In this document: piece by piece, positions 26,071-39,407 of the stretch
Layout of the letters: each line of letters begins with the position of its first letter
Numbering within the stretch: the stretch's first letter is position 1
NCBI RefSeq assembly: GCF_009914755.1
Contig: NC_060925.1
Strand: one strand, 5' to 3'
Length of the DNA: 64,000 nucleotides
From: the human T2T-CHM13v2.0 reference genome, Homo sapiens
The notes under the pieces: model-generated
Told to the model about the DNA's origin: nothing
The model's input: the letters and a program-made list of their open reading frames with translations, nothing else
Databases searched by the model: none
Program-made: the position numbers and the translations under genes

Positions 26071-27044
26071 GCCCTGATGAGCTGATGCTATGTGTCAGGC
26101 TCCTGCTGGGAAGCCACTGGCTGGGAGTTGCAATGCTGACCCTTTTGAAGTTCTTCTTCTCCCAAGGTCCTCTGAGTGCACAGAGAAGCTCTTTGGGCCA
26201 TCTTGGTCTCAGCATTACCTCCTCTGAGAAGAGAAGAGACCTCAGTGAGCCAGGGAAGGGCTGGGACTGGCATCGCGGGAAAGGAGAGGTTGGATGGGAT
26301 GACTTCACAAAGCCCTGCAAGTGTGGTACTTTACTCTCTCCCTGAACCCAGCTAGAACCACTGAAGAGACCCTGAAGGACACCGGGGCCCAGAAGGCAAA
26401 AGGAGTCACTACTGGCAGGAATTTGGTTGGACATGTTTGCCTTCTTTCAACTCTAGGCATTGTTTGAGTCTGGACAGTACTTTACAGAAGCCACAGTAAG
26501 CAGGATGTATAGGATACAGCCAGGAAGTACTTCCTTGTGCCTACCCTACATCTTGCATGCTACAACTTCACTCCTCAGTGGAAATGGAGAGATGGATGAT
26601 CCTCCCTCCACATGCCATTTGTTTCCATGAAAGCTGAGCCCTATTAAAACAACAAAAATGAATATCGATCAAGCTTGTATCATATGGCAACCACTGTCCT
26701 AAGTTCTTTACATGCATAAAGTCATTTATTCCTCACAATAGCCCAAGGAGGTGGGTAGTATTTGATGAGATGAGGGTTTGGAGACCCTGTCTCCTGCACC
26801 CTACTGATGATGCCAGGGTGGCGGGAGGTGTGAGAGAGCCTTTCCCTGACCTTTAACGCTTTTTGGGAAGGAATCTTCTGCATGCTGCAGGAAATGGCCC
26901 TAAAGACAATCAGGAACGATCCTGAGGTCATAACTTCATTGGTGCTATTCTGATATAGCTACAGCTGAAGTTGACACAAGTTTCACCGTCTTAGATACTA
27001 CCAACAATAGTTACGGCAGGCACTTCAAAATATTCGGTAGATAA

Positions 27045-27260
27045 ATTAGTTTACTGAGCATGTACTTAGTGCCAGTGCTCTAAAAGGTAAGTTGCACACG
27101 TTATCTCATTTAAGCCACACAAAACCCCTAAGAAGTAGCTATTGTTAATCTCATTTAGCAGATAAGGAAATACGGCTCAGAGAGAATAAGCAGTTTAACC
27201 AAGGCCACACAACTAATAAACGCAGAAGCTGGGATCTGTCCTCAGATCTGTTTGACTTGC
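27045..27260 (-). mobile_element. MIR SINE
   Basis: ttatctcatttaagccacacaaaacccctaag...gataaggaaatacggctcagagag. Confidence 0.85.
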
Positions 27261-27885
27261 TTCTAACAGCTTAGGTGCTTGATTGATACTTGTTAGGTGG
27301 CTAACAAAAACTGGGTTGCTGACAGCTCTGTCTAGGATAGAAGACCAACATTGTGCATCCAGGCCCCTGGGGAAGAGGTGTTCAGGAGAGGGAGAGGAAT
27401 TTGGAGCATGGTTACAACTTCTCAGTCCCCCACCCCCCCAACTTGGGATTTAGTTCTATCCATGCTGCTAATGCATGACCCACACTTCCAAGCTCCCTCT
27501 CAGCCCTATCTATCCTTGAGCTGCAACTGTGAAATCATAGTGACAGTTCCAGTTTAGTTCCCAGGATGAGCCTGCGATTATGTCTGCCTCAGCAGGGAGG
27601 TGACCCCTGTTCTGTCCTTGCCCATGACAAGTGAGCTCTCCTCTCTCATTCAGGTGGCTACTAAAACACTGCCTCCTCCATTTAGTCCTCCCGGGTTGAC
27701 CAGATGTTGGATGTCAGCTAATGTGGGTTCTTCCATCCAGAGAGAAAAAGCTTTGAGCCCAAGTCTTAGCCAGCATCTGTCCCTGTCTTACTGGATTATT
27801 GATAGGACACCTCAGTAAACACTTAGCTCCCAGCAAGGAAGTCCTCCTGTGTGTCCCAAGGGAAGTCCCCTTTCAAACAGGAGCT

Positions 27886-27988
27886 GTCTGGCAGAGCCCC
27901 TCTCACCATCTCCCATTTCCAAAGGGCTTCATGGGGTCTGGCAGAGCTCCTCTCACCATCTCCCATTTCCAAAGGGCTTCATGGGGTC
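27886..27988. repeat. 50-bp tandem duplication
   Basis: Two copies of GTCTGGCAGAGCYCCTCTCACCATCTCCCATTTCCAAAGGGCTTCATGGG, one mismatch. Confidence 0.97.
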
Positions 27989-29096
27989 AACTCACCAGTT
28001 CTCAGGTGGTGACTAGTTGAGGTTGCCTTTTGAAAACCAAAAGGGCAGAAAGGAGGAAGGGGGGCGGGGCGTGGGGAAAGAGGTAGATGGCGTAGATAAC
28101 AATGGGGTAGGGGCTTCCTTTAGAGAAAGGGAAAGTTTCCCAGGAGAGGCCCTGTCCAGGCAAGGGTCCCTCGATGACCCATAATAACCTGAGTTTACAC
28201 CCTGGGTTCCAACCAAGATGTGCTCTAACTTCAGGCTGAGAGATTGAGGCACATAGAGGTACTTTATGTGTAGATTTAGGGATCCTTCTAAACTTCAACT
28301 GTGCAAATCCCTTTCCTTTCCCTCCCCCAGCCCAGTCTCAGGAACTTAGAATGGCAAGGTTTTTGAAATCACTTTAAAAGGCTTTTCATTTTGTAGATAA
28401 GAAAACTGGGGTCATAAGACTTGTCCCAGGCCCACTGCAGGACCTTGTTCCTGTGTTTACGGAGGGAAGCGGGTGGCAGGAGGGGGCCCACCGGCAGTGG
28501 AAGAGAACATGTCACCCTCTCCTATCTCCTTATTCCTCTCCTTCCCCACTCCCTGAGGCAGCATTCCCAGCCTGGCAGAGCAGGGGTGGAGGTGCAGGGA
28601 GGGCTCTGCAGGGAAGAGGGGCCTGCAGGGCCAGGGCAGACACCAGTGACAAGAGCAATTTATTTCCCAGGCACAGATTAGATGGCAACTGAGAAATTCT
28701 TCCTTATGCCATCTATCAGCGGACCGCCTCCAGCAGCCTCTGTGGGGTCAGGAAATTTGTCTTGACTGCACTGCTCAGCCACTTTATTTGGGCTCCTGTG
28801 GTCTGAGTTATGCGAGGGACCCCCAAATAAGTAGAAGGAATCCAACCCCACATCATCCACAGAGCTACTGCCTCACAAACTGCAGCTGCCTGCTCCTACC
28901 CTGGGCTAAACAGACTCCCTAAAGGAGATGATGCATTTCCTTATGGCCTGTAGGAACGAGGGCTTTTATAGTGCAGGGCGCTGGCTGGGGAGGGAGCAGC
29001 CCCTAGAGACTCTGCCCAGACAGATATCTGGGGTCATTGAGATTTTCTTAGCCTGCTTTGACAAGAGGGCATTGGCTGAAAGTACAGTATTAGCTG

Positions 29097-29308
29097 AAGG
29101 GGTTGGCAAACTTTTTCCAAAAAGGACCAAATAGTAAATATTTCAGGCTTGCAGGCCATAGGCCTCTGTCACAACTACTTAACTCTGCCACTGTACTGCA
29201 AGGGCAACAACAGACAATTCAAAAATAAATGGGCATAGCCATGTTTCAATAGAACTTTACAAAAACAAAGTGAATGGCCATGGGCCGAATGCTAATGCCC
29301 CCAACCCT
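29097..29308 (+). mobile_element. MER58A hAT-Charlie element
   Basis: ggggttggcaaactttttcc...atagtaaatatttcaggctt...acaactacttaactctgcc. Confidence 0.85.
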
Positions 29309-29494
29309 TTCACTAAAAAATAAGTTTTGCAATGAAAAACTGTAAACTATGCAATGGGGCCACTGGAGTATACCCTTAATTCTAATATGGTGAGTCTGTA
29401 AATTATATCGTCAAGTCTAAGAAAGCAAGGGATCTGCTCTCTTGTGGATCTGTGGCCATTAGTTCTCACAATACCCTTTAATCAGTGTAGGAAA

Positions 29495-29710
29495 GAACCG
29501 TGTAGGAGTTCAAAGTATAGGCTCTGATGCAATATTGTTTGGATTTAATCCTTACTCTACCAGTTACTAGTTGGATGACCTTAACCTCCCTTACCTCAGT
29601 TCCCTTCTCTGTAGAGTAGGGACAATAACAATTTACTCTCACAGGGTTGTTTTGAAACTGAATCAGCTATTATAGGTAAAGCATTTGGAACAGTGTCTGG
29701 CATGTGATCA
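29495..29710 (+). mobile_element. MIR SINE
   Basis: gttactagttggatgacctt...cctcagttcccttctctgta. Confidence 0.8.
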
Positions 29711-29964
29711 GTCTGCACACCTATCTGTTGCCAGACCTTAGTTAACCTTCACTAAATCCTGACCAGGGGCTGGTTGATCTTGGGTGATGTAAGAGGTGGA
29801 GGTGTGAGGACACTTTGTCCCTACCAGATGGGCAATACGTGACCGTTCCCATCTAGGCACCTTGGCACTGGACATTTGAGGTTTCTCTTTTTGCCTCTGC
29901 CCATTTTGATTAGAATAGAAAGCGGACTAATGATAGCAACAAGAAGAAGAAAGAGAAAAGACAA

Positions 29965-30140
29965 GGAAAATACATTTATTGAATTGTTACAATGGGCTGG
30001 GCAGGGCTAGGTGCCTTACATATTTTGTTTCATTAAATCTATGCAACAAACCTGCAAGGCAGGCATTACTATCCTCATCTTTAGACAAAGAAATTAAGTC
30101 TCAGAAAGGTTGTGTGACATGTTCAAGGTCACCCAGACTG
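29965..30140 (-). mobile_element. MIR SINE
   Basis: catttattgaattgttac...gacatgttcaaggtcac. Confidence 0.75.
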
Positions 30141-30149
30141 ACTAATTAA

Positions 30150-31010
30150 AAGTTCATTCTTTCATCATATTTCTTTTTCACCAACTATGTGCCAGACATT
30201 GACTAACCTATTTGTCTAGGAAACAGTAAAAAAAAAAAACAGCTTATGTTCTCGATGATAGAGATGAAAATTTAAATCAATCTTTAAGGTGGGGTTGCAA
30301 AGGAAAGTTATGAGAAGCAGGAAGCCCTCAGCAAGGAAGAGACACTTAATCTGAATCTTGAAGAATGAATGGGAGTCTTCTGGGACGACAAGGGAGAAAA
30401 GGTATTCCAAGAAGTAACATCACATGCAAACACACAGAGGCATTCAATAACATTGTGCTTTTGAAAACAGCCACCGATTTGCTCTGGCAGAGTTGCAAGG
30501 GCAATCAGAGGGGCAATGAAGTAGGAGAGGCAGAGGTCACAGGGGACTTAGGGAGGCTCTGGTGGCTCATGATGAAGAGTTTGAACTTGATCCTGCATAC
30601 AATGGGGAGGCACTTAAAGGGTTTTAAGCAGGATAGCAACATAATTAAATTGTGTTTTAGAAATTTAAAAACGGAGGCTGGACTAGAAGGTGAATGCAGC
30701 AGGATGCAGGGAGACCAGCTGAAAGACAACTGAGTAATCCAGGGGAGAAATGATGAGGGGGGTTAACTAAAAAGTAGCAGTGGGAATAAAAAATGGGAGA
30801 CTGGTCTAAGAGATACTGAGGAAGTGGGGAGGCTAGACTTGATGATGATTGAAATGAGGAGTGAGGTGGGAAGGAAAGAATGGAATCTGGGCTGACTTGG
30901 AGCTTGCCTTGGATGATGAGATAAATGGGGGCAGCTTTGATATGGGGAGCAGAGGAGGAGGAGCAGGGGTTTACATAATGATCACAATTTCCATTTTGGT
31001 CATGTTGAGG
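30150..31010 (-). mobile_element. L2 LINE fragment
   Basis: aatggggaggcacttaaagggttttaagcagg; gtaatccaggggagaaatgatg. Confidence 0.8.
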
Positions 31011-32602
31011 GTGGCTGGTGTGGGGCTAGATGTGGTGGAGGGGTGGGCGTGTGGAAGGCAGGATGGGGAAGAAGAGAAGAAGGACACATATTCTTCTCTC
31101 AGTCCCACATGGCACTCACTGATAAGAGCTGGGAAATAGCACATTCATCAGGCCCCAAGAGCCAACTTTGTGGGAACAGTGGAGGGTACTCCCAAGATTG
31201 CTGTTGGTGGGGCAGCCTCAACATTCAGCTCTAGGGGAGGGTCCCAGGGGAAATCTCAGGTAAGAATTTCCCTTCAGTAAGAACTTACTTTGCTGTGAAC
31301 AACTTGCAAATTCATTCATTTCTCGCTCACTCTCTCTTTTTTTGTATTTCAGTAAAATGTAATTCTTGATAATTATGCTGAGTTCTAGTTATCTGGCTTC
31401 TTAAGGGCTGTAGTGCCATTAACACAGATGAGCAAACAAAGGATGTCCTTGCATGCAGGCTTTCTTTCATGTAGCTTGAAAATATTTGCCTAGCTGTCCT
31501 CATCTGCTCCAGACCCCAATCATCCCTTGCTGCTGCTGCACTTTTGCTCCACTAAGGACAGTTCCTGGGACCACAGAAGGCATCTCAGGAGGAACTCCTG
31601 ACTCAGCAAGGTCAAGCAGCTTCCCAAACTATGCCCTTCAGATGGCCTCACTTCAGTCCCCAGCCTTGGCCTCATAGATGGGCAGAGCAGAAGGAAAGAA
31701 CAGAGATTTCCCAAGGAGTAAGACAGTAGTGTGCATGTTTGTGTGTATACGTTAGGGTTGGGGGGAAGGGAAGGGAGAGAAAGGCATAGAAGGAGACAAA
31801 TATGGTCAGAGAGCAACAGAGAGAATGCTCACATACGAGAGAGGCACAAGCAAGACACAGGAAACAGGAAACAGACACAGGGTGGTGGGGGTGGGCAGCA
31901 GGCATGTTCGAGGAACAGCCAGACATTCGGCAACCCAATCTTCATCTTGGTCTGAAAGTGTCCTTGGCCATGGTGCTGAATGCTAAGGCCCCACTATCAG
32001 GTAGAGGTGGGTGAACCATGCTGTGACTTTAAGCTGTTATATTCACCTAGTTCCTTATTATTAATAGTTATTGAGTAGCCACTGTATGCCAGATATACTG
32101 CTACTTGCTTTCACACATAGTCTTATTTAATCACACAATAACTTCCTAACACAAGAATTCACAGAACGGCCACAGGTCTTGCCTTCGGCTATTGAAGCCA
32201 AACTACAGTAGGGGGTAGGTACTGATACAGTATTTTACTTTTTGAGGACCTTCACAGAAAGGCAGGGATAAGGGGAGAGAGCTGGTTGCTGGTTACATTT
32301 AAATGATTCCCAAAGAGGTCAGGGCTACACAGGGAGTGAGCCAGCACTCATCACAGTGGATCTTGTCAGGGACATGTCCCACCAGAATATGGCCCGTATG
32401 TGCTAACAGGGGTCAGGGTCCTGGGAAGTTTTTTGTGTTTCTATAAATTATTATCTTCAAAAGACATAGAAATAATGTCTCTGAAAGAGGATCCTTCATA
32501 GTAGAGATTCTAGCAACTCCAACCCATTCCAGTTATATTGCTATTGTTCAAAACAGCTCTGGAATCCTTTTTTTGGGGTTTCCTTAAAGACATTTATGTT
32601 TT

Positions 32603-32900
32603 ATTTATTAATTTTTGTGACAAGGTCTTACTCTGTTGTCCAGGCTGGAGTGCAGTGGTGTGATCATGGCTCCCTGCAGCCTCTACGTCCTGGATTCAAC
32701 TGATCCACCTGCCTCAGCCTTCTGAGTAGCTGAGACTACAGGTATGCACCATCATGCCCAGCTAATTTTTGTATTTTTTTGTAGAGATGGGGTTTCACCA
32801 TGTTGCCTAGGCTGGTCTTAAACTCCTGGGCTCAAGTGATCTGCCCACCTTGGCTTCCCAAAGTGCTGGGATTACAGGTGTGAGCCACCATGCCTGGCCC
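32603..32900 (-). mobile_element. AluJ
   Basis: Full dimer, antisense; TSD AAA(G/C)ACATTTATGTTTT at 32586-32602 and 32901-32917. Confidence 0.95.
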
Positions 32901-33090
32901 AAACACATTTATGTTTTCAATTGAAAAAATTTTTCTTTTTGGGGGCGCAGATTAATTTTTAAATAAAATATTTTTCACTATTTTATTTTTTAGTTCTAAT
33001 TTTTTTAGTAGATTATTTTTTAAGAGCAGTTTTAGGTTTGTAGCAAAATTGAATGAATACCATTTTATTTTTCTAGGTTTGTTTCATTGA

Positions 33091-33460
<370 letters not shown>

Positions 33461-33473
33461 TGTTTGTTTCTTT

Positions 33474-33475
<2 letters not shown>

Positions 33476-33525
<50 letters not shown>
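33476..33525. repeat. (AC)25 microsatellite
   Basis: 25 perfect AC units. Confidence 0.99.
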
Positions 33526-33528
<3 letters not shown>

Positions 33529-33563
33529 TGAGAAGCTGAGTAGTGTTATTTTGGGTCACAAAC

Positions 33564-33691
33564 GAGGTGTGACCTGTAGTCCTGGTTACTCAGGAGGCTG
33601 AGGCAGTAGGATCGCTTGAGGTCAGGAGTTTGAGACCAACTTGGGCAACATAGTGAGACCCCCAACTCTGAGAAAAACAAAACAAAACAAA
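33564..33691 (+). mobile_element. FLAM / free Alu monomer
   Basis: ggaggctgaggcagtaggatcgcttgaggtcaggagtttgagacc followed by an A-rich tail. Confidence 0.85.
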
Positions 33692-33909
33692 GTATGACTC
33701 TAATGTATTAAAGCTGACTTTCCTCTTTGATTTCTAAATCAGGTCTAATGGCAATTTCTAGAGGGATATTCTACAACTAATCAGCAGTGCCAGCACCATT
33801 GGATTAAATATGCAGCTTCCCAAGGAAGCCATTTGAAGGGCACTGTGATCTTTTAAATGCACATCATGAAAAAATCCTATGTAGGCTAATAAAAATATTT
33901 TTTATTGCT

Positions 33910-34080
33910 TTTAAGTCCTCGCTCTGCCAGTTAGTCACCTGTGTGATCTTGGATAAGTTTCCTAACTTCTCTGGGCCTCTGTTCCTTCATCTGTAGAAAG
34001 GAGACAGCAGTAGTCGCTAATGAGTTGATACCAGTAAAATGTGCTTAGAACAATGCCCACCCCACAGTAAGCCCTTAATT
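33910..34080 (+). mobile_element. MIR SINE
   Basis: ctgtgtgatcttggataagtttcctaacttctctgggcctctgttccttcatctgtag. Confidence 0.85.
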
Positions 34081-34739
34081 GATGGTCCCACCATATAAGC
34101 TCTTGCCCGTCATTTTCTAGGCACATCCTAGGGTAGAAAACCCAGTGAGTTGAGGCCTATTAGGTACCTTGGCATGCCTGATGCCTGGCATCAGGTAGGT
34201 GCTCAATGTGTGTTTGTGGATGCAAATAGAACTAAACATAGCCCCTTTAGAAGCTGAAGGGCTTGCATCAGGATTTACTGAAAACAGGAATCTCTCTTGG
34301 ATTGATTTCTATAATCAACATGTTTTAGATATTTTCTGAATATGCAGAGCACCCCAATCCTGGGTTATAACCAAGGTGAGGCTGACTTTGGAAGGGAAAC
34401 CCGCCTTAGGATGCTTTTAGAGCATCCCTTTCCCTATGGGAACACCTGTATTTCCATGCAGTGGGGTGTTGGAAGGCTGGGGTCTGTGCTCTCAACAGGA
34501 GCTCTTTTGGTCACACTGGGGAGCAGTTCTTGCTAAAGTGTTGATTTATGAGTCTTCTTCCCTCTCTCCTAGGGTAGTATGCACATCTAAGAGGGAGAAG
34601 CTTTAAAAACTCTACAGATTTTCCAAGGAAAGCATGGCAGGCACCTTGATAGAGGTGAAGAGTAGAATTTTTGATTATTTGGAAGGAACTTGGAAGAAAC
34701 CCTTCTGAGCACAGTGAAAATCCTAGCAATGTATAAGAC

Positions 34740-34981
34740 ATAGTGTCTTCATAGGTAAGCGCACAGGCTATGGGGGCAGACAGACCTGGTTTCCAATTCT
34801 GATCTTACATACACAAACAAGGTGACATGGAGGAAGTCGCTCTAAGCCACAGAGCCTCATTGGTCAGATGGGAATAATCCTAACATCTACCTCATTAGGC
34901 TGTTAGAAGATTTCAATGAAAGAGGCCCATAAAGCACTTAGCAGAGTGCCTGGCAAACTAAACATAATAAGTGGTTGCTAT
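34740..34981 (+). mobile_element. MIR SINE
   Basis: cagacagacctggtttccaattctg...aaagcacttagcagagtgcctggca. Confidence 0.85.
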
Positions 34982-34983
34982 TA

Positions 34984-35470
34984 CAGTAGTCCCCACTTAT
35001 CTGCAGTTTCAGTTACTTGTGGTCAACCATGGTCTGAAAATATTAAATGACAAAAATCCAGAAATAGACAATTCATAAGTTTTAAGTCGTGGGCTGCTCT
35101 GAGTGGTGTGATGAAACCTCATGCTGTCCTGCTCATGCTGTCTGGCTCCAACCTGCCCGGGATGAGAACCTTCCTCCAGCACATCCGCTGTCCACGCTAC
35201 CTGCCAGTTAGTCATTTAGCAGCCATCTGGTTATCAGATAACTGCTGCATTTCCCAGTGCTCGTGTTTAGGTAACTCTTATTTTACTTAATAAAGGCCCC
35301 AAAACACCCAAAACACAAGAGTACAGTGCCTAGTTTATAAATTAAAATTTATCATAGGTATGTATGCATAGGAAAATCATAGTATATGTAGGGCTCAGTA
35401 CTACCCGTGGTCTCAGGTGGCCTCTGGGGGTCTTGGAATGTATCCCCCATGGGCATGGGGGGGACTACCA
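34984..35470 (+). mobile_element. MER44 (Tigger7-family) DNA transposon
   Basis: TIRs CAGTAGTCCCC...GGGGACTACCA, with TA target duplication on both sides. Confidence 0.9.
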
Positions 35471-35489
35471 TATTTTTGTAAGCAGCTGA

Positions 35490-35960
35490 CTATAATAATA
35501 GCTACCATTTATTAAGCATTTACTATATGCCAACATTTTGTTATACTGCTTCATGCATAGATTTTATCTAAACTCCATAATAACACTTTGAATTATCATT
35601 TCTATTTTATAATTGAAGAGACCGAGGCCTGGGAATTTAACTGTTTCTTTTTTTTGAGACAGGGCCTTGCTTTGTCACCCAGGCTGGAGTGCAGTGGCAA
35701 AATCATGGCTCACTGCAACCTTGAACTCCTGGGCTCACGTGATCCTCCCATCTTAGCCTTCTCTGTCTCCCGAGTAGCCGGATTACAGGCATGTGCCACC
35801 ACATCCAGTTAACTTTTTATTTTTGGTAGAGATGGGGTCTCACTATGTTGCCTAGGCTAACGTAACTGGTTTCATCCCAGAGTCATACAAATAGTAAGTG
35901 ATGAGTCAGGATTTGAGCCTGGGATTCCTTGACTCCAAGGCCTGTCCCCTTAAGCTCCAC
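35490..35960 (-). mobile_element. MIR split by an Alu
   Basis: aatagctaccatttattaagcatttactatatgcc before the Alu; agtaagtgatgagtcaggatttgagcc after it. Confidence 0.8.
35644..35858 (-). mobile_element. 5'-truncated AluJ
   Basis: tttgagacagggccttgctttgtcacccaggctggagtgcagtggc. Confidence 0.92.
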
Positions 35961-36954
35961 ACCATACTTCCTTCCACACGCTGCCCATCCTGCCCACGGG
36001 CCCTCTCACTGCAGGAAGTCAAGTACCAGCAGTACTTGGCTAAAATCAGAATGCTTCTTTCTCCCTTTCCTTCTCCTTATTATAATGTTTCCTCTCAAAA
36101 AGTTTGCTTTATCGATTTCAGACTTTTTAAAAAATGAGCTCATGAGACAGGGCTATACAAGCTGTCAGAATTATCAGACAGAAACAGAGCTCCTAGAGGC
36201 TCCTCCTGCCACCTCTAGGACCCCCCAGGAATCCTAGATATGAGCTTCCTCCTCACCTTCATCCAAATTTGTCCATCAGCCTGAGCTCTTTCTGTCACAG
36301 CATCACTTCACCTTCTTCCATCCCCAGTGCCACTATGGGATCTTGAATGAGTTGGGGTTATGGCCACATTGCATATACTGGCCCACATATTCTTCCAGGG
36401 ATTGGCCTAACTGGACAATAAATAGGGACAGTCACAGGGTATTCAAAGCTCCAAGCCACCCATTGCCCAATGTGCTCAGTTGGGAAGGAAGAGAGAATTG
36501 AGACCAACACAGAGAACATGCACTATGTTCTCTCATTGCCAGACCCTGTGCTAGTCAGTTCCATGTGTATCACCTCATTTAATAACACTGCAAGGAGTAT
36601 TATTAGCCTGCTTTCACAGATGAGGAAGGGATTTGTAAAGACACTAAATTAACTGCTCACAAATAAACTTTTACAATTTCCCAGAAGACCACGGGTCTTT
36701 ACTGTGAAGATTAACATGCAGCCAGTAAGTGGTGGATCCAGGTTTGGGATTCATACCTGGTAAAGTCCGTACTCTGTGTGTGTGAAGCTGTTTTCCAAAA
36801 GAATGAACACACACACACACACACGTACAGACACACATGTCACATGCTGAAATAAAGTGTTTGTATCAAATAAATATCAAGGACAACTGTAGTATGTGTG
36901 TTTTTTGAGGGAGTGGAATGGGAAGCAGAGATTAATTGAGACACATACTGGCAG

Positions 36955-37120
36955 ACTAATAATAGGTAAAATTTATCAAGCACTTGCTTGTATCATTTAA
37001 GCCTCACAATGGCCCTATGAAGTAAGCATAATTGTTACTCCTATTTTAAAGATGAAAAAACTGAAGCACAGAGAAGATAAGCAACTTGCCCAAGCTTACA
37101 GACCCAGCAAATGATGGTGC
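36955..37120 (-). mobile_element. MIR SINE
   Basis: catttaagcctcacaatggccctatga...ctgaagcacagagaagataagcaacttgcccaag. Confidence 0.85.
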
Positions 37121-37664
37121 CAGTTACTTGCCTACTGCCACAGCTCCAACTAAATTCTCTCTTCTGAGCTGGAACTCTGTGGATTGCCTTGATAACTGGC
37201 TTTCTATCAGGCTTTGCTAATAGCAGGCATTAGGGGGCAATTGCAGTGCAGAAGGAAGGGAGGTGGGGACTTCTCATTCTGATGCTGGACATCAGAGTCA
37301 CTGTGTCACAGACGGAGACTTAGCTTGAACTAAGAGGACAGATGATCACTTTGACACTGAAGGAAATTACTGGGAATAACAAAGGCTTATGGCTTCAATT
37401 AGAGGGTCAGCTGATGCCAGTGCCATTTTGAAGATAAGAGCATCAGGGATCCAAGGAGGGCACTGCTTGGAGAGCTATCAGCTAGGGTGCCTTGTTAAGA
37501 GAGCTTTGATCTGTGCAGAGGGAGCATCAAGTCCAAGATCTGGAGTAGCAGCCATATAAGCCAATAAATATGATGCTACAGGGTCTCTTGTTGAAGATGG
37601 TACATGGGATTGCACTCAGTGAAAGAAAAAAAAAGACACAAAAAGAAGAAAGAGGTACCTCCAT

Positions 37665-38935
37665 CCAATCACCTATCCATCCATTCAATCTAACAAACAT
37701 CTATTGAGGTACTATCCTGTGCAAAGCATATGTGGGATGGAAGACAGACAGAGTCAGACATAGATCCTGTCCTGAAGGAATATAACATCCCCCTAGTAGG
37801 GATATAACAGTAGGGATATAACGGGAATATAACATCCACACATAGGGGGATGTCACAAAGAGACATACTTATCTGCATGTGCAGTGAGAGATCTGAAGAG
37901 GAAAGGGCGGGCTCTAGCTGGATCAACTCTGTGACTGCATGGAGAAAGCAGCAATTGAAATGTGGAGGAATGGGGGCATATGTGAGGCACATTGAGATAT
38001 CAGAGGGTTGTGGTGAAGGGTTTGTGAAGAGAAGGAATGGGAGGTGAGATGAGAAAGATAGCTGAGACTATACTGTGAATGGCCTTGAGTTGCAACTTGG
38101 TTCTGTAAGTAGAGAGTAACTGAATGTTTTCAAGCAGGATATGAAATAATGATTTTTTTAGAGTATTCTAGAAGCACAGTGGGAAATGAACTGTGGTAGG
38201 AACGTCAGGTTAAGAAGCCATTATGATTATCAAGGCAATGAAGGAATGATGAAGGAGTGAATCATGGATGAGGCAGAGAAAACACAGACAAGGAAATGGA
38301 GTTCAGAGCCAGCTGGTAACACAATTGGTAGGTCCTAGAGAGAGGCAAGGAGGAGTCAGCTTGTGTGACAGGAAGGACAACGGTGTCACTAAGAGAAATA
38401 GGGAGCATGAAAGGAAGAACAAAGTTAAAGGGGTAAAGCTATAAACTCACTGGACACATTGAGTTTAATGGATTGTAAGGAATGAAGGTGGAGACACAAA
38501 GATAGAAAAGCAGGACAGTATGGAGTTAAGGAGAGAAGTTAGGGATAGGAAGTTAATTTGGGTACCACCTGCCTTCATCAAGGTTGGCAGATGAAGCTTT
38601 GAAATTGGATATGGTTTCCAAAGGAGAGTGTTGAGAAAGAGCAAAAAAGAGTCAAGGATGATCCTTGGATAAAACCTAAATTTATAAGGTGGAGGAAAGG
38701 AGGAACAAAAGGAGTAATGACCAGAATGGCAGGAAGACAGCAGGAGGAGAGAGCAGGTGAAGAGAGGTCCAAGGAAAGAAGGGTAAAGTGTTAGGAAGTG
38801 GGGAGAACTGAGCATCAAATGCTGCAGGGGCCAAGGAGATCAGGAGCAAGGAAAGGCCACTGGATTTGGGGCCTGAGAAATGGTCAGTACCGTCAAGAGC
38901 AAGTTCCGTGGAGCAGCGAAGGCCAAAGGTAGATT
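37665..38935 (-). mobile_element. L2 LINE fragment
   Basis: Antisense tail (catccattcaatctaacaaacatctattgag) followed by purine-rich L2 body. Confidence 0.75.
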
Positions 38936-38949
38936 AAAAAGAGCCAGAA

Positions 38950-39112
38950 ATAATAATAACAAAGATACTAAAAATAAAACCTTATATGTGATGCTTACTA
39001 AGTGCAAGACACATTGTAAACACTTCACATGTACTAATTCATTTGATCTTCACAATAACCCTTTAAGGTGGGCACTATTATTATCCCCACTTTACAGGTA
39101 AGAGGACAGAGG
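38950..39112 (-). mobile_element. MIR SINE
   Basis: tcacaataaccctttaaggtgggcactattattatccccactttacag. Confidence 0.85.
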
Positions 39113-39139
39113 ATGGGGCACCAAAGAAAAGACAAGACC

Positions 39140-39407
39140 GCAGATTTCCAAGGTGTGCTCCACAGACCCTTAGTCCTGCAAGAAGCAGAAGCACCACAGA
39201 AAAGTGCTCTGAGGTTAAGTAAATTTGGCATTTCCCTTCTAGGAATGCATATTATTAGTATCTTTAAAGACAGAGAAGCCCTACACTGAAGAACCTTGTT
39301 TAATTTTGTTAAATCCAATGTTTTCTAAATTTATTTGACCTGTGAACCTTTTTATCATTAACATTCTATGGAACAATGTTCTACAAGGCACACTTTGGGA
39401 AATGCTG
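39140..39407. mobile_element. MER112-like hAT-Charlie element
   Basis: ttccaaggtgtgctccacag...tttatttgacctgtgaacc...cacactttgggaaatgctg. Confidence 0.7.

Noticed and set aside
27886-27988. Possible CRISPR-like repeat
   Set aside because: Two abutting copies with no spacer, in primate DNA.
37120-37620. Possible ERVL LTR plus internal fragment
   Set aside because: Only faint resemblance; cannot assign family or boundaries by eye.
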